A stretch of DNA of 64,000 nucleotides from an uncultured Gammaproteobacteria bacterium (lineage in GTDB: Bacteria > Pseudomonadota > Gammaproteobacteria > Berkiellales > Berkiellaceae). The notes below the pieces were generated by a model that was not told the origin of the DNA, made no database searches, and saw only the letters and a list, made by a program, of their open reading frames with translations. The stretch covers positions 28,912-92,911 of the forward strand of contig CAYNBJ010000006.1 in NCBI GenBank assembly GCA_964395835.1. The letters are read 5' to 3'. The translations under genes were made by a program, and so were the position numbers. This document shows, one piece after another, positions 1-10,833 of this stretch (its first letter is position 1; every line of letters starts with the position of its first letter).

Positions 1-1730
<1,730 letters not shown>

Positions 1731-4700
1731 TTAACGATCAAGCTCAATATTGATTCCTAAAGAACGAATTTCTTTAAGAAGAACATTAAACGACTCAGGA
1801 ATACCTGGATCCATGTAGTGTTGCCCATCGACAATATTTTTATACATTTTTGTTCTTCCTGCGACATCATCAGATTTCACCGTCAGCATTTCTTGCAATG
1901 TATAGGAAGCACCATACGCCTCTAATGCCCAGACTTCCATTTCTCCGAGTCTCTGACCTCCAAACTGAGCTTTTCCGCCTAAAGGCTGCTGTGTGACAAG
2001 AGAATAGGAGCCTGTAGAACGTGCATGCATTTTATCATCAACAAGGTGATTGAGCTTGAGAATATACATATACCCCACAGTGACCTCTCTCTCAAAAGGC
2101 TGCCCGGTGCGCCCATCAATTAAAACAGATTGCCCGGACTCTGGCATATCAGCCATTTTCAGGAATGCTTTAATTGTATCTTCTGAAAGCCCATCAAAAA
2201 CCGGGCTAGCAATCGGCACACCATGAGATAATTGTGCAATCAACTCATGCCACTGACTCTCTGTATAAGTGGCAATAACTTTTTCCTGATGACGATTCGC
2301 AAGACGATAGATAGACAAAATAAATTCTTTAAGATGATCAGAAAGCCCTTCCTGTTTATATAGGCGCTCAATTTTTTCACCCAAGCCCTTAGCAGCCCAA
2401 CCCAAATGCACTTCAAGAACTTGTCCGATGTTCATACGAGAAGGGACACCTAAAGGATTCAGAATCATATCTACTGGACGACCGTCTGGAAGATACGGCA
2501 TATCTTCTACTGGCACAATTGTGGAGACAACCCCTTTATTCCCATGTCGTCCAGCCATTTTATCACCTGGCTGAATCTTTCTTTTTACAGCTAAATAGAC
2601 TTTTACGATTTTTAAAACACCAGGAGCTAAGTCATCGCCAGAATTCATTTTCTTTTTCAAAGTAAGAATTTGATCGTGCAAATCATCTTCGAGCTGCTCG
2701 ATTTTCTTCGCTGTCATTTCAATCAAAGTTTGAGCATGATCTTCTTGAACTACAACTTCTAAAATTTCTTTATCGCTTAATTTAGCAAGATTTTCGACAC
2801 TCAACATATCAGATTTTTTCAAGCCAACACATTTGAAAACAGTCATCCCAGACAATTGTTCACGTAAACGTTCGATCAAATTATCTTTAACAATACGATG
2901 AGTCGCTTTCAAATCATGCTGTAACTGCTCAAGATCATACTGATCAATACTCTGTGCGCGGCTGTCTTTTTTTAAGCCATCGCGTGTGAAAATACGCACA
3001 TCAATCACAGTTCCATTCATTCCAGTAGGCACACGCAGAGATGAATCTTTCACATCAGAAGCTTTTTCTCCAAAAATTGCGCGCAGTAGCTTTTCTTCTG
3101 GAGTCAGCTGTGTTTCTCCTTTAGGCGTCACCTTACCAACGAGAATGTCTCCGGCTTGTACTTCAGCACCGATATAAATCACTCCAGATTCATCCAACTT
3201 CGCAAGAGCAGAGTCAGGCACACCAGGAATATCTGCAGTAATTTCTTCTGCACCTAATTTTGTATCACGAGAGATACAGGTGAGTTCATCAATATGAATT
3301 GTTGTGAAATGAGTATCCACAATTTTTTCAGAAAGAACGATAGAGTCTTCAAAATTGCAGCCATTCCAAGGTAAAAATGCGACCAGCATATTTTGTCCCA
3401 AAGCCAACTCACCCAAATCGGTAGCTGGACCATCCGCTAGCACATCACCTTTTTGCACACGAGCACCTACATGGACAATAGGCACTTGATTGATACAGGT
3501 ATTTTGATTAGAGCGGCTAAATTTTCTGAGATTATAAATATCGACACCTAAATCATCAAAAGTCATGTCAGCTGGATCAACTTTAATAACAATACGCAAT
3601 CCATCAACTTCTTTTACAACTCCTGATCGTTTAGCAACAATCGTTGCACCAGAATCGATGGCAACTGCTCGCTCCATTCCTGTTCCCACTAAAGGTGCTT
3701 GCGCATTCACAACAGGCACAGCTTGTCGTTGCATATTCGATCCCATGAGCGCTCGGTTTGCATCATCATGCTCGAGGAAAGGAATGAGAGAGGCAGCAAC
3801 AGAAACGATTTGTTTCGAAGATACATCAATCAATTGAACTTTTTCTCTTGGCAAAAGAACAGATTCATTTTTATATCGACAAGGAACGATATCATCAAGA
3901 ATTTCACCTTCTTCACTGAGACGAGTATTCGCTTGTGCGATAACAAAATCGCCCTCTTCAATTGCTGATAAATAATAAATTTCATTACCAAGATAATTGT
4001 TGGTCACTTGTCGATACGGGGCTTCTAGGAAGCCAAATTCATTGGTGCGCGCATACACAGCTAAAGAGTTTATAAGACCAATGTTTGGACCTTCTGGTGT
4101 TTCAATAGGACAAACGCGTCCATAATGAGTTGAATGCACGTCCCTCACTTCAAAAGAAGCACGATCGCGATTGAGTCCACCAGGACCAAGTGCAGAGACA
4201 CGGCGCTTATGCGTAATCTCTGAAAGAGGGTTGTTCTGATCCATAAACTGTGACAGTTGGGAAGAACCAAAAAACTCTTTGATAGCAGCAGAGATCGGTT
4301 TTGCATTGACTAAATCTTGAGGTGTGAGATCTTCACTTTCAGCTAAAGAAAGTCTTTCTTTAACCGCACGTTCAACACGAACAAGCCCTACGCGGAATTG
4401 ATTTTCTGTCATCTCACCTACAGAACGAACACGGCGAATACCTAAATGATCGATATCATCAATTTGGCCTTTCCCGTTACGAATTTGCAACAACTCTTTT
4501 ATCACGTCCATAATATCATGGACTGATAGAATACCAGGACCGTTATCAGAGGTTCTGCGCAGACGTCGATTAAATTTCATACGTCCGACAATGGATAAAT
4601 CATAACGCTCAATTTCGAAAAAGAGTGCGTGGAACAGGCTTTCAGCAGCTTCTTTAGTCGGAGGCTCACCTGGACGCATCATGCGATAAATTTCAACTAA

Positions 4701-5846
4701 AGCTTCAAGTGCGGTTTGAGTGTTGTCAAGACGTAAGGTTTGGGAAACATAATCTCCTCTATCAACATCATTTGTAAACAAAATTGGGAAAGATGTAATC
4801 CCTGCTTTGATCAACGTTTTCACTTTTTCTGCATTCAGTTCATCGTTAGCTTGTAACAAAATTTCAAAAGTCAGAGGGTGAATAATATTTTTCGCAAGCA
4901 CTTTTGTATTCAAATAATCTACCGGCACCTCAAAACGCTGCACATTCTGATCAATCAGTTTTTTCACATGTCTCACATTAATACGGCGCCCAACCGGTAC
5001 AAGAAGCTCATGATTATTATCGAAAATTGGAAATTCTGCAGTTTCGCCTTTCAAATTATTTGGATCGATCCGCAAGTATATTTTATCCCCTTCAAATTCA
5101 ATCGTATTGAAATCAAAAAACTTCTCAAGAATTTGTTCTACATTGAAATTCAAAGCTTTCATTAGGATTGTAACTGGGAGCTTTCTGCGACGATCAATAC
5201 GAACAAAAAGACAATCTTTACTATCAAATTCAAAATCTAACCAAGAACCACGATAAGGAATAATACGTGCAGAATATAAGACTTTTCCCGAGGAATGATT
5301 TTTTCCACGATCATGATCGAAAAAGACTCCTGGAGAACGATGAAGCTGAGATACAACAACTCGTTCGGTCCCATTAATAACAAAGGTCCCATGCTCTGTC
5401 ATCAACGGAATTTCACCCATATATACATCTTGCTCTTTGATGCTTTTAATAACGCGCGCATCTTTGGAGTCTTTATCGAACAGGACCAATCGAACCTTAA
5501 CACGCAAAGCAGCCGAATAAGTCAGCCCCTTAGATTGACATTCACGAAGAGAAAACGCAGGCTCGCCAAGTCGATAGCCCATATAATGCAATTCCGAATA
5601 GCCTGAAAAACTCACTATAGGAAAAACAGATTGAAAAGCTTCTTCAAGCCCTTTACGCTCTCTATTTTCAGGTGCAGCATCTAATTGCAAAAAATATTCA
5701 TTATAAGAGCGCAAGGGAATATCTAATAAAGCAGGAACAGGTAAAAAATCTTGAGACTGCCCACCTTCAACTCGGGGTCTTTGTAAGATTGTTCCTGTAT
5801 AAGCTGAAGGCCGACTATTGACTTGATCGTAATAAATAACAGACAT
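1731..5846 (-). CDS. rpoB: DNA-directed RNA polymerase subunit beta
   Basis: 1371-aa ORF with conserved RpoB blocks ([37 protein letters not shown]). Canonical position between rplL and rpoC. Confidence 0.98.
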   Translation of the reverse strand: MSVIYYDQVNSRPSAYTGTILQRPRVEGGQSQDFLPVPALLDIPLRSYNEYFLQLDAAPENRERKGLEEAFQSVFPIVSFSGYSELHYMGYRLGEPAFSLRECQSKGLTYSAALRVKVRLVLFDKDSKDARVIKSIKEQDVYMGEIPLMTEHGTFVINGTERVVVSQLHRSPGVFFDHDRGKNHSSGKVLYSARIIPYRGSWLDFEFDSKDCLFVRIDRRRKLPVTILMKALNFNVEQILEKFFDFNTIEFEGDKIYLRIDPNNLKGETAEFPIFDNNHELLVPVGRRINVRHVKKLIDQNVQRFEVPVDYLNTKVLAKNIIHPLTFEILLQANDELNAEKVKTLIKAGITSFPILFTNDVDRGDYVSQTLRLDNTQTALEALVEIYRMMRPGEPPTKEAAESLFHALFFEIERYDLSIVGRMKFNRRLRRTSDNGPGILSVHDIMDVIKELLQIRNGKGQIDDIDHLGIRRVRSVGEMTENQFRVGLVRVERAVKERLSLAESEDLTPQDLVNAKPISAAIKEFFGSSQLSQFMDQNNPLSEITHKRRVSALGPGGLNRDRASFEVRDVHSTHYGRVCPIETPEGPNIGLINSLAVYARTNEFGFLEAPYRQVTNNYLGNEIYYLSAIEEGDFVIAQANTRLSEEGEILDDIVPCRYKNESVLLPREKVQLIDVSSKQIVSVAASLIPFLEHDDANRALMGSNMQRQAVPVVNAQAPLVGTGMERAVAIDSGATIVAKRSGVVKEVDGLRIVIKVDPADMTFDDLGVDIYNLRKFSRSNQNTCINQVPIVHVGARVQKGDVLADGPATDLGELALGQNMLVAFLPWNGCNFEDSIVLSEKIVDTHFTTIHIDELTCISRDTKLGAEEITADIPGVPDSALAKLDESGVIYIGAEVQAGDILVGKVTPKGETQLTPEEKLLRAIFGEKASDVKDSSLRVPTGMNGTVIDVRIFTRDGLKKDSRAQSIDQYDLEQLQHDLKATHRIVKDNLIERLREQLSGMTVFKCVGLKKSDMLSVENLAKLSDKEILEVVVQEDHAQTLIEMTAKKIEQLEDDLHDQILTLKKKMNSGDDLAPGVLKIVKVYLAVKRKIQPGDKMAGRHGNKGVVSTIVPVEDMPYLPDGRPVDMILNPLGVPSRMNIGQVLEVHLGWAAKGLGEKIERLYKQEGLSDHLKEFILSIYRLANRHQEKVIATYTESQWHELIAQLSHGVPIASPVFDGLSEDTIKAFLKMADMPESGQSVLIDGRTGQPFEREVTVGYMYILKLNHLVDDKMHARSTGSYSLVTQQPLGGKAQFGGQRLGEMEVWALEAYGASYTLQEMLTVKSDDVAGRTKMYKNIVDGQHYMDPGIPESFNVLLKEIRSLGINIELDR

Positions 5847-5863
5847 AAAAAAAATCCTCTAGA

Positions 5864-5909
5864 TCAAAAGCAAAGAAAAGCCGTATTCGAATGACTTCGC
5901 ATACGGCTT
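5864..5909 (-). terminator. Hairpin plus U-tract in the rplL-rpoB spacer (probable attenuator or partial terminator)
   Basis: The minus strand reads AAGCCGTAT-GCGAAGTCATTCGA-ATACGGCTT followed by TTCTTTGCTTTT. That is a 9-bp outer stem plus an inner CGAA/TTCG stem. A partial terminator at this position is known for the E. coli rplJL-rpoBC operon. Confidence 0.5.
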
Positions 5910-5931
5910 CGATAAGATAGGGCAATGAGTC

Positions 5932-6300
5932 TTAGAGAACTTCGACTTTAGCACCAGCATCTTCGAGTTTTTTCTTGATGGTTTCTGCATCTGCTTTAGA
6001 AACAGCTTCTTTGACCATCGCAGGAGCGCCTTCTACAAGATCTTTTGCTTCTTTTAGACCAAGTCCAGTGATTTCACGAATCGCTTTAATCACGTTGACT
6101 TTGTTTTCACCGAAAGATGCAAGTTTCACGTTAAACTCTGTTTTTTCTTCAACAACAGGAGCAGCAGCAACAGCAGCAACAGCAACAGGAGCAGCAGCAG
6201 TAACGCCGAAAGTCTCTTCCATCATTTTGACAAGAGCAACAACTTCCATCACGCTCATTGCGCCGACAGTTTCGACGATTTGTTCTTTAGTAATACTCAT
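5932..6300 (-). CDS. rplL: 50S ribosomal protein L7/L12
   Basis: [20 protein letters not shown]..., an Ala/Val-rich hinge, and C-terminal [15 protein letters not shown]...[14 protein letters not shown]. The ORF-track start at 6396 is a 32-codon extension overlapping rplJ, so I use the ATG at 6300. Confidence 0.95.
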   Translation of the reverse strand: MSITKEQIVETVGAMSVMEVVALVKMMEETFGVTAAAPVAVAAVAAAPVVEEKTEFNVKLASFGENKVNVIKAIREITGLGLKEAKDLVEGAPAMVKEAVSKADAETIKKKLEDAGAKVEVL

Positions 6301-6337
6301 AATTTTTTCCTCAAATAGATACGATTTTTTTAGGCAT

Positions 6338-6835
6338 TTAAGCGCTTTCGTTGAGCTTGGTTTCAAGCGCAGCGAGAGTGCGAACAAGCTTGCCAACAGG
6401 AGCTTTTAGACAGGACATTAGAATTGAGATTGCTTCATCCTTAGTTGGTAAGGAAGCGACGCTATCTAAATCTTCTGCACCATAAATTGTATCGCTCACA
6501 GCAAGAACACGGACTTTTAGTTTGTCATTCTCTTTAGAGAAGTCTCTCGCTAAACGTGCCGCAACACCAGGAGCATCTTTGCCAATAAAATAGACAAGTT
6601 GCCCTGTGAGGCGATCATTTGCCCCACAAAAAAGTGTTCCCTCAAAAGCTTTACGTGCAAGAGAATTTTTCACGACTTTAAGAAAAACACCTGCTGCTCT
6701 TGCTTTATGTCGTAGCTGAGTCATCTGACGAACTGTAAGTCCGGCATACTCTGCTGCTACGAGAGATAGTCCCTCTTGTGCCTGCTGGTGAACATGTTCA
6801 ACAATTTGCTTTTTACGCTGAATTGTTAGGGCCAT
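6338..6835 (-). CDS. rplJ: 50S ribosomal protein L10
   Basis: 165-aa [18 protein letters not shown]...[32 protein letters not shown]10 family by sequence and by position between rplA and rplL. Confidence 0.95.
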   Translation of the reverse strand: MALTIQRKKQIVEHVHQQAQEGLSLVAAEYAGLTVRQMTQLRHKARAAGVFLKVVKNSLARKAFEGTLFCGANDRLTGQLVYFIGKDAPGVAARLARDFSKENDKLKVRVLAVSDTIYGAEDLDSVASLPTKDEAISILMSCLKAPVGKLVRTLAALETKLNESA

Positions 6836-6981
6836 AATGTTCTCCTTTTATGTTTATATGCCCCGTATCTCAGAATTTTTAAGACACGGGCCTTTTTCCT
6901 GCTTAGGGTTGCTCGTTAAGAACAAATTAAGAGCGTATTGCAACGCATCCCCCAAGGTCTAAGGTAAGGTCTCCCTCATCC

Positions 6982-7686
6982 TTAATTTGCAAATGCACCT
7001 AAATCAACAATCACGCCTGGGCCCATTGTTGATGAAATGACGACTCGGCGAATAAAAACACCCTTAGAAGTAGATGGTTTCAAACGACGAATATCCTGTG
7101 TCAGTGCAATAATATTTTCTTTAAGCGCCTGATTACTAAAAGATTTTTTTCCAATAATGCTTTGCAAATAGCCAGCTTTATCATTTCTAAAAGAAACCTG
7201 ACCAGCTTTGGCATTTTTCACAGCTTTGACAACATCAGCAGTGACTGTTCCTGTCTTAGGGTTTGGCATAAGTCCCTTCGGTCCTAAAACACGAGCAAGC
7301 TTACCTACATGACCCATCGCATCTGGTGATGCAATCAACACATCAAAGTCAAAAACACCGTTTTGAGCATCGTGAAGAATTTTATCTGCCAAATCAGCGA
7401 ACCCAACAAGATCTGCGCCGGCATCAGTAGCTTTTTGGATATTATCACCTTGAGTCATCACCGCTACGCGTACTGTTTTTCCTGTTCCGTTTGGAAGCAC
7501 ACATGCTCCACGAACAGTTTGAGCAGAGTTACGAGCATCAATACCCAGGGTATAGACAACGTTAAAAGTGGGATCGAATTTTTCTGTTGAAAATTCACGA
7601 ACACGCTCTAATGCCTGGTCTAAAGAATAAACCTCAAAACGGTTATGCTGTGCATGTTTTTTTTGTCTTTTCGTTTCAAAAGCCAT
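6982..7686 (-). CDS. rplA: 50S ribosomal protein L1
   Basis: 234-aa ORF with L1 blocks (GKTVRVAVMTQGDN, LIASPDAMGHVGKLARVLGPKGLMPNPK). Adjacent to rplK. Confidence 0.95.
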   Translation of the reverse strand: MAFETKRQKKHAQHNRFEVYSLDQALERVREFSTEKFDPTFNVVYTLGIDARNSAQTVRGACVLPNGTGKTVRVAVMTQGDNIQKATDAGADLVGFADLADKILHDAQNGVFDFDVLIASPDAMGHVGKLARVLGPKGLMPNPKTGTVTADVVKAVKNAKAGQVSFRNDKAGYLQSIIGKKSFSNQALKENIIALTQDIRRLKPSTSKGVFIRRVVISSTMGPGVIVDLGAFAN

Positions 7687-7687
7687 T

Positions 7688-8122
7688 TTATTCTACTCCT
7701 TCCACTTTTACACCCATACTACGTGCCGATCCTGCAATTGTACGAACCGCAGCTTCTAAAGAAGAAGCACTGAGATCTGGCTCTTTCATTTTTGCAATTT
7801 CAACAAGCTGCTGATATGTCAATGTGCCGACAAAATCCGCATGAGGACGTGCAGATCCAGATTTCAAATTCAAAGCTTTTTTGATGAAATATGTTGCTGG
7901 TGGTGTTTTATATTGCAAAGTAAAACTTCTGTCATTATAAATTGTAACAATGACTGGAATAGGCGTCCCTTTTTCAAATTTCGCAGTATCTGCATTAAAA
8001 GTCTTACAAAATTCCATCAAGTTCACACCTGTGGGACCTAATGCTGTACCGACAGGAGGAGCTGGAGTCGCAGAGCTTGCTGGCAACTGGATTTTTTTTA
8101 CATGTGTAATTTTCTTAGCCAT
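7688..8122 (-). CDS. rplK: 50S ribosomal protein L11
   Basis: [43 protein letters not shown] matches the L11 N-terminal domain. The ATG at 8122 is preferred over the TTG at 8131 used by the ORF track. Confidence 0.95.
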   Translation of the reverse strand: MAKKITHVKKIQLPASSATPAPPVGTALGPTGVNLMEFCKTFNADTAKFEKGTPIPVIVTIYNDRSFTLQYKTPPATYFIKKALNLKSGSARPHADFVGTLTYQQLVEIAKMKEPDLSASSLEAAVRTIAGSARSMGVKVEGVE

Positions 8123-8188
8123 AAGGCACAATCCTTTTTTTGAGTGAATAACGCCTCAGAAATCAATCCAAGGCTTCCCAAGAGTCAA

Positions 8189-8737
8189 TTAGATACTTTT
8201 CTCAACTTGAGAAAAATCTAATTCTACAGGAGTTGATCGACCAAAAATAACTACGGCTACCTGTAATCGGTTTTTATCATAGTCAATATGATCGACAGCT
8301 CCGGTAAAGTCAGAGAACGGGCCGTCCTTAATACGAACAACCTCTCCAATTTCATATAAAATTTTTGGTCTCGGACGATCCGAAACCTCTTGAACACGAG
8401 AAAGAATTTTTTGAGCCTCTTGTTCGCTGAGCGCTGTAGGCTCGCCGGATTTTCCACCTACAAATCCGATAATTTTTGGCAATTTTTTGACAATATGCCA
8501 AATATTATCTGTCATGCGCACTTGAGCCAAAATATAACCAGGATAAAACCGACGCTCGGTTTTTTTCCTTTGACCTTTTTTTATCTCAATGACATCTTCA
8601 GTAGGGACTAAGATTTGCCCAAAATCCGAATGAATTTGATGAAAATCTATTGCTTTTTTTAAAATCTCCACAGCTTTCTTTTCAGAACCGGCTATCGATT
8701 GAATAACATACCATTTTAAAGGAGATTGAGCATCCAT
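8189..8737 (-). CDS. nusG: Transcription termination/antitermination factor NusG
   Basis: NGN domain (KWYVIQSIAGSEKKA) and KOW motif (GEVVRIKDGPFSDFTGAV). Canonical secE-nusG-rplK order. Confidence 0.95.
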   Translation of the reverse strand: MDAQSPLKWYVIQSIAGSEKKAVEILKKAIDFHQIHSDFGQILVPTEDVIEIKKGQRKKTERRFYPGYILAQVRMTDNIWHIVKKLPKIIGFVGGKSGEPTALSEQEAQKILSRVQEVSDRPRPKILYEIGEVVRIKDGPFSDFTGAVDHIDYDKNRLQVAVVIFGRSTPVELDFSQVEKSI

Positions 8738-8756
8738 AATCTATAACATCCTTAAA

Positions 8757-9389
8757 TTACGAGAACGATGAAAGTGTTTTTATAATAAGAGATAAAATGC
8801 GAGTAATCACGCCATCCATCAGCCACCAAAAAAGAGCGCTGCATGTTACAAATACAGAGACAATGCCCACAAAGCGCAGCGTTTCATGATGTGAAGGCCA
8901 AGTGATTCTTTTCACTTCTCGTCTCAATTCAACAGCAGTCTCACCAAAAAATTCGACATAATCCGTTCCAATTTCAGCCATCAGGAGAACCGTCCATATC
9001 ATAGCTACTGCATATAAATTAAAATTGCTCGATATATTGCATGCTATATCACCGATCGCATATCCACCTATGGTAAAAAGCGAAGAAGAGGCGGGACTGT
9101 GCGATACGCTCATGCTCACCATGCCGATGAATGCAACAAGCGGAAATATAGACTTTCCTAGAGTAAAAGCCCAAGAGCAGGCGTAATGAGAATATCTACG
9201 CACAAGCACTTTACAACGTGCATACCCAATGAACCCAATCGCTATTTGATTCACAATCATGATTTGCGCTTGTGTATACATGCCAGAAAATGTCATCACA
9301 GGCTGAGCTATCAAGAACAGCAAAATAACTAAAAAATAAAAATAAAAACGCTCCGAAAAACGATTTGTGTGTGTCATAAATGTGCTCAT
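8757..9389 (-). CDS. secE: Preprotein translocase subunit SecE, unusually long form (about 210 aa)
   Basis: The C-terminal roughly 65 aa (FFGETAVELRREVKRITWPSHHETLRFVGIVSVFVTCSALFWWLMDGVITRIL) match the conserved SecE amphipathic helix plus transmembrane segment. The N-terminal roughly 140 aa contain several extra hydrophobic segments. The start is set at the ATG at 9389 (AGGGG Shine-Dalgarno 5 nt upstream) rather than the TTG at 9410. Confidence 0.8.
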   Translation of the reverse strand: MSTFMTHTNRFSERFYFYFLVILLFLIAQPVMTFSGMYTQAQIMIVNQIAIGFIGYARCKVLVRRYSHYACSWAFTLGKSIFPLVAFIGMVSMSVSHSPASSSLFTIGGYAIGDIACNISSNFNLYAVAMIWTVLLMAEIGTDYVEFFGETAVELRREVKRITWPSHHETLRFVGIVSVFVTCSALFWWLMDGVITRILSLIIKTLSSFS

Positions 9390-10125
9390 ATCGGCCCCTA
9401 AAAATTTCAATAAAATGCTTTGAAAATCAATAAAGCAAAAAGAGATACCATAATATATCCCAGAACAAATGTAGAGTAAAGAAAATTAATCGCTATAAGT
9501 GTTTAAAAACTAATAAGAAATCATCTTATCTATGATATACGCTACCAAGTCTATAATTTTGAAAAAATTTTGCACTCTCTGAAAATGATAGTGTTTATAA
9601 AATCCACTCAAGATAAAAAAGAGAGAGAATCAGCGCAGCTCAATCACTAGCTGTACTTCTGCGCATCAGGAAATGTCTGCGTTTTGCTTTTGTGGGGCGA
9701 ACTTGTGTCGTGTTTTTATGATGCTGAGACAGACCAAAAACCCCGTTTTGAACATTGCTCATGCGGGCTATAAAGTCAAATGACAGGGCATAAACTGCAT
9801 GAACTTTGCGTTTTTTTATCATCGCGATTCAAACAAGAAGCTGAATCTTGCAACTCGCCAATAAATTTCTTGCGCTTGATTCGCAAAATGCCAAAACACA
9901 AGAGATATGACAGAACCTTAGGTTTGCAGCCTATATTTTGCTTTCTGTCAGCAAGGCCGCCTCTAATACACTGATAAATAAAGGGATAAAATCAACATCA
10001 TTGCGTCAGTTTTTAAAAACGAATCATAATTTGGCTCTTTATATGTATTGAAATAAAATAATGCTCTTGGTCTTAGGCTCATTCTTAATAAAAATACAGC
10101 TATTGAACAGTTTGCTTATTCAGTG

Positions 10126-10707
10126 TTACAAAAAAGACCAAGATATTTGCGGTAAATTTTCAACATTGATCCGTGAAAACACAAAAACATCATTTGTATT
10201 CTTGGTTGTCAAATTCATTGTAAATTGTTGCAACACTTGTTCAAACTGGAAACCTAAACTTTGCGCAATTTGGATTGAACGGTCATTGCCTTTCTCGCAA
10301 TACACGTCAAGTTTTAGAAAATCTTGCTGCTGAAACAGATAAAATGTGATAGCAATCACTGCCTCTCGCATAAAGCCCTGACCTTGATAAAGCTGTGACA
10401 TCCAATACCCCAACTGCCCATAACCCTGTTCAATATTTCTATGATGCACAGAAATCTCTCCAATCAGCTGATGAGTCTCTTTTAAAAAAATCCCATAAGC
10501 TTGACTACCTTGTGGTAATACACGTTGTACATTATGGCTCTCAATGCGATAAAAAGCATTGGCCAGTAGAAATGGATCGACCGCCCAATCCATCCACAAA
10601 GAAAGCGTAGAAAGGCTATGAGAAATCGCAGTTTTTAAATGCTCAGCATCTTCGCTGTGAAGTGGCCGCAGATACAATCTTGGTGTATGAATAATTTTAG
10701 GAAACAT
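10126..10707 (-). CDS. GNAT family N-acetyltransferase (RimJ/RimL-like)
   Basis: 193 aa. The N-terminal TPRLYLRPLHSEDAEHL is typical of RimJ/RimL-type GNATs. A YQGQGFMREA segment sits where the acetyl-CoA binding Q/RxxGxG/A motif is found. Confidence 0.75.
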   Translation of the reverse strand: MFPKIIHTPRLYLRPLHSEDAEHLKTAISHSLSTLSLWMDWAVDPFLLANAFYRIESHNVQRVLPQGSQAYGIFLKETHQLIGEISVHHRNIEQGYGQLGYWMSQLYQGQGFMREAVIAITFYLFQQQDFLKLDVYCEKGNDRSIQIAQSLGFQFEQVLQQFTMNLTTKNTNDVFVFSRINVENLPQISWSFL

Positions 10708-10740
10708 AAAGAAAAATGAGGTTATCTTTATTTATTTTAG

Positions 10741-10780
10741 CAAAAAATGCCCAAAGCACTCAAACTTTGGGCATTTTTAG
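10741..10780 (-). terminator. Rho-independent terminator downstream of tlc (bidirectional-looking)
   Basis: Perfect 10-bp stem ATGCCCAAAG / CTTTGGGCAT (10747-10756 and 10765-10774) with an 8-nt loop. It is flanked by an A-run on one side and a T-run on the other. On the minus strand it is followed by TTTTTT. Confidence 0.6.
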
Positions 10781-10833
10781 AAAGTCTGGATCTTTATCTT
10801 TTTAAAAAGATATCAGATCAGTCTCAGAGCGGG

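Noticed and set aside
2986-5606. Several 63-103-aa plus-strand ORFs antisense to rpoB (2986-3177, 3565-3837, 3699-3968, 4878-5165, 5295-5606)
   Set aside because: They lie wholly inside a highly conserved gene on the opposite strand and have low-complexity translations. These are typical shadow ORFs. The same reasoning applies to antisense or alternate-frame ORFs inside rpoC, priA, parC/parE, rnr, hflK/C, mutL, polA, uvrD, atpA/D/G, mnmG, mnmE, yidC and dnaN (for example 739-1017, 25232-25501, 57074-57340, 60237-60521, 63483-63910).
9411-9640. Searched for tRNA genes (for example tRNA-Trp) or other structured RNAs upstream of secE and in the other larger spacers (12328-12514, 13238-13451, 44614-44986, 61565-61780)
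   Set aside because: By eye I found no GC-rich acceptor or T-arm-like segments (no GGTTCGAATCC-type motif or its complement). I cannot exclude small RNAs without a covariance-model scan.
9640-9822. 60-aa minus-strand ORF with a basic C-terminus in the large gap upstream of secE
   Set aside because: It has no Shine-Dalgarno, no recognisable family and barely reaches the ORF-length threshold. I did not call it as a gene, and it is mentioned under the non-coding-gap finding as a possible remnant.
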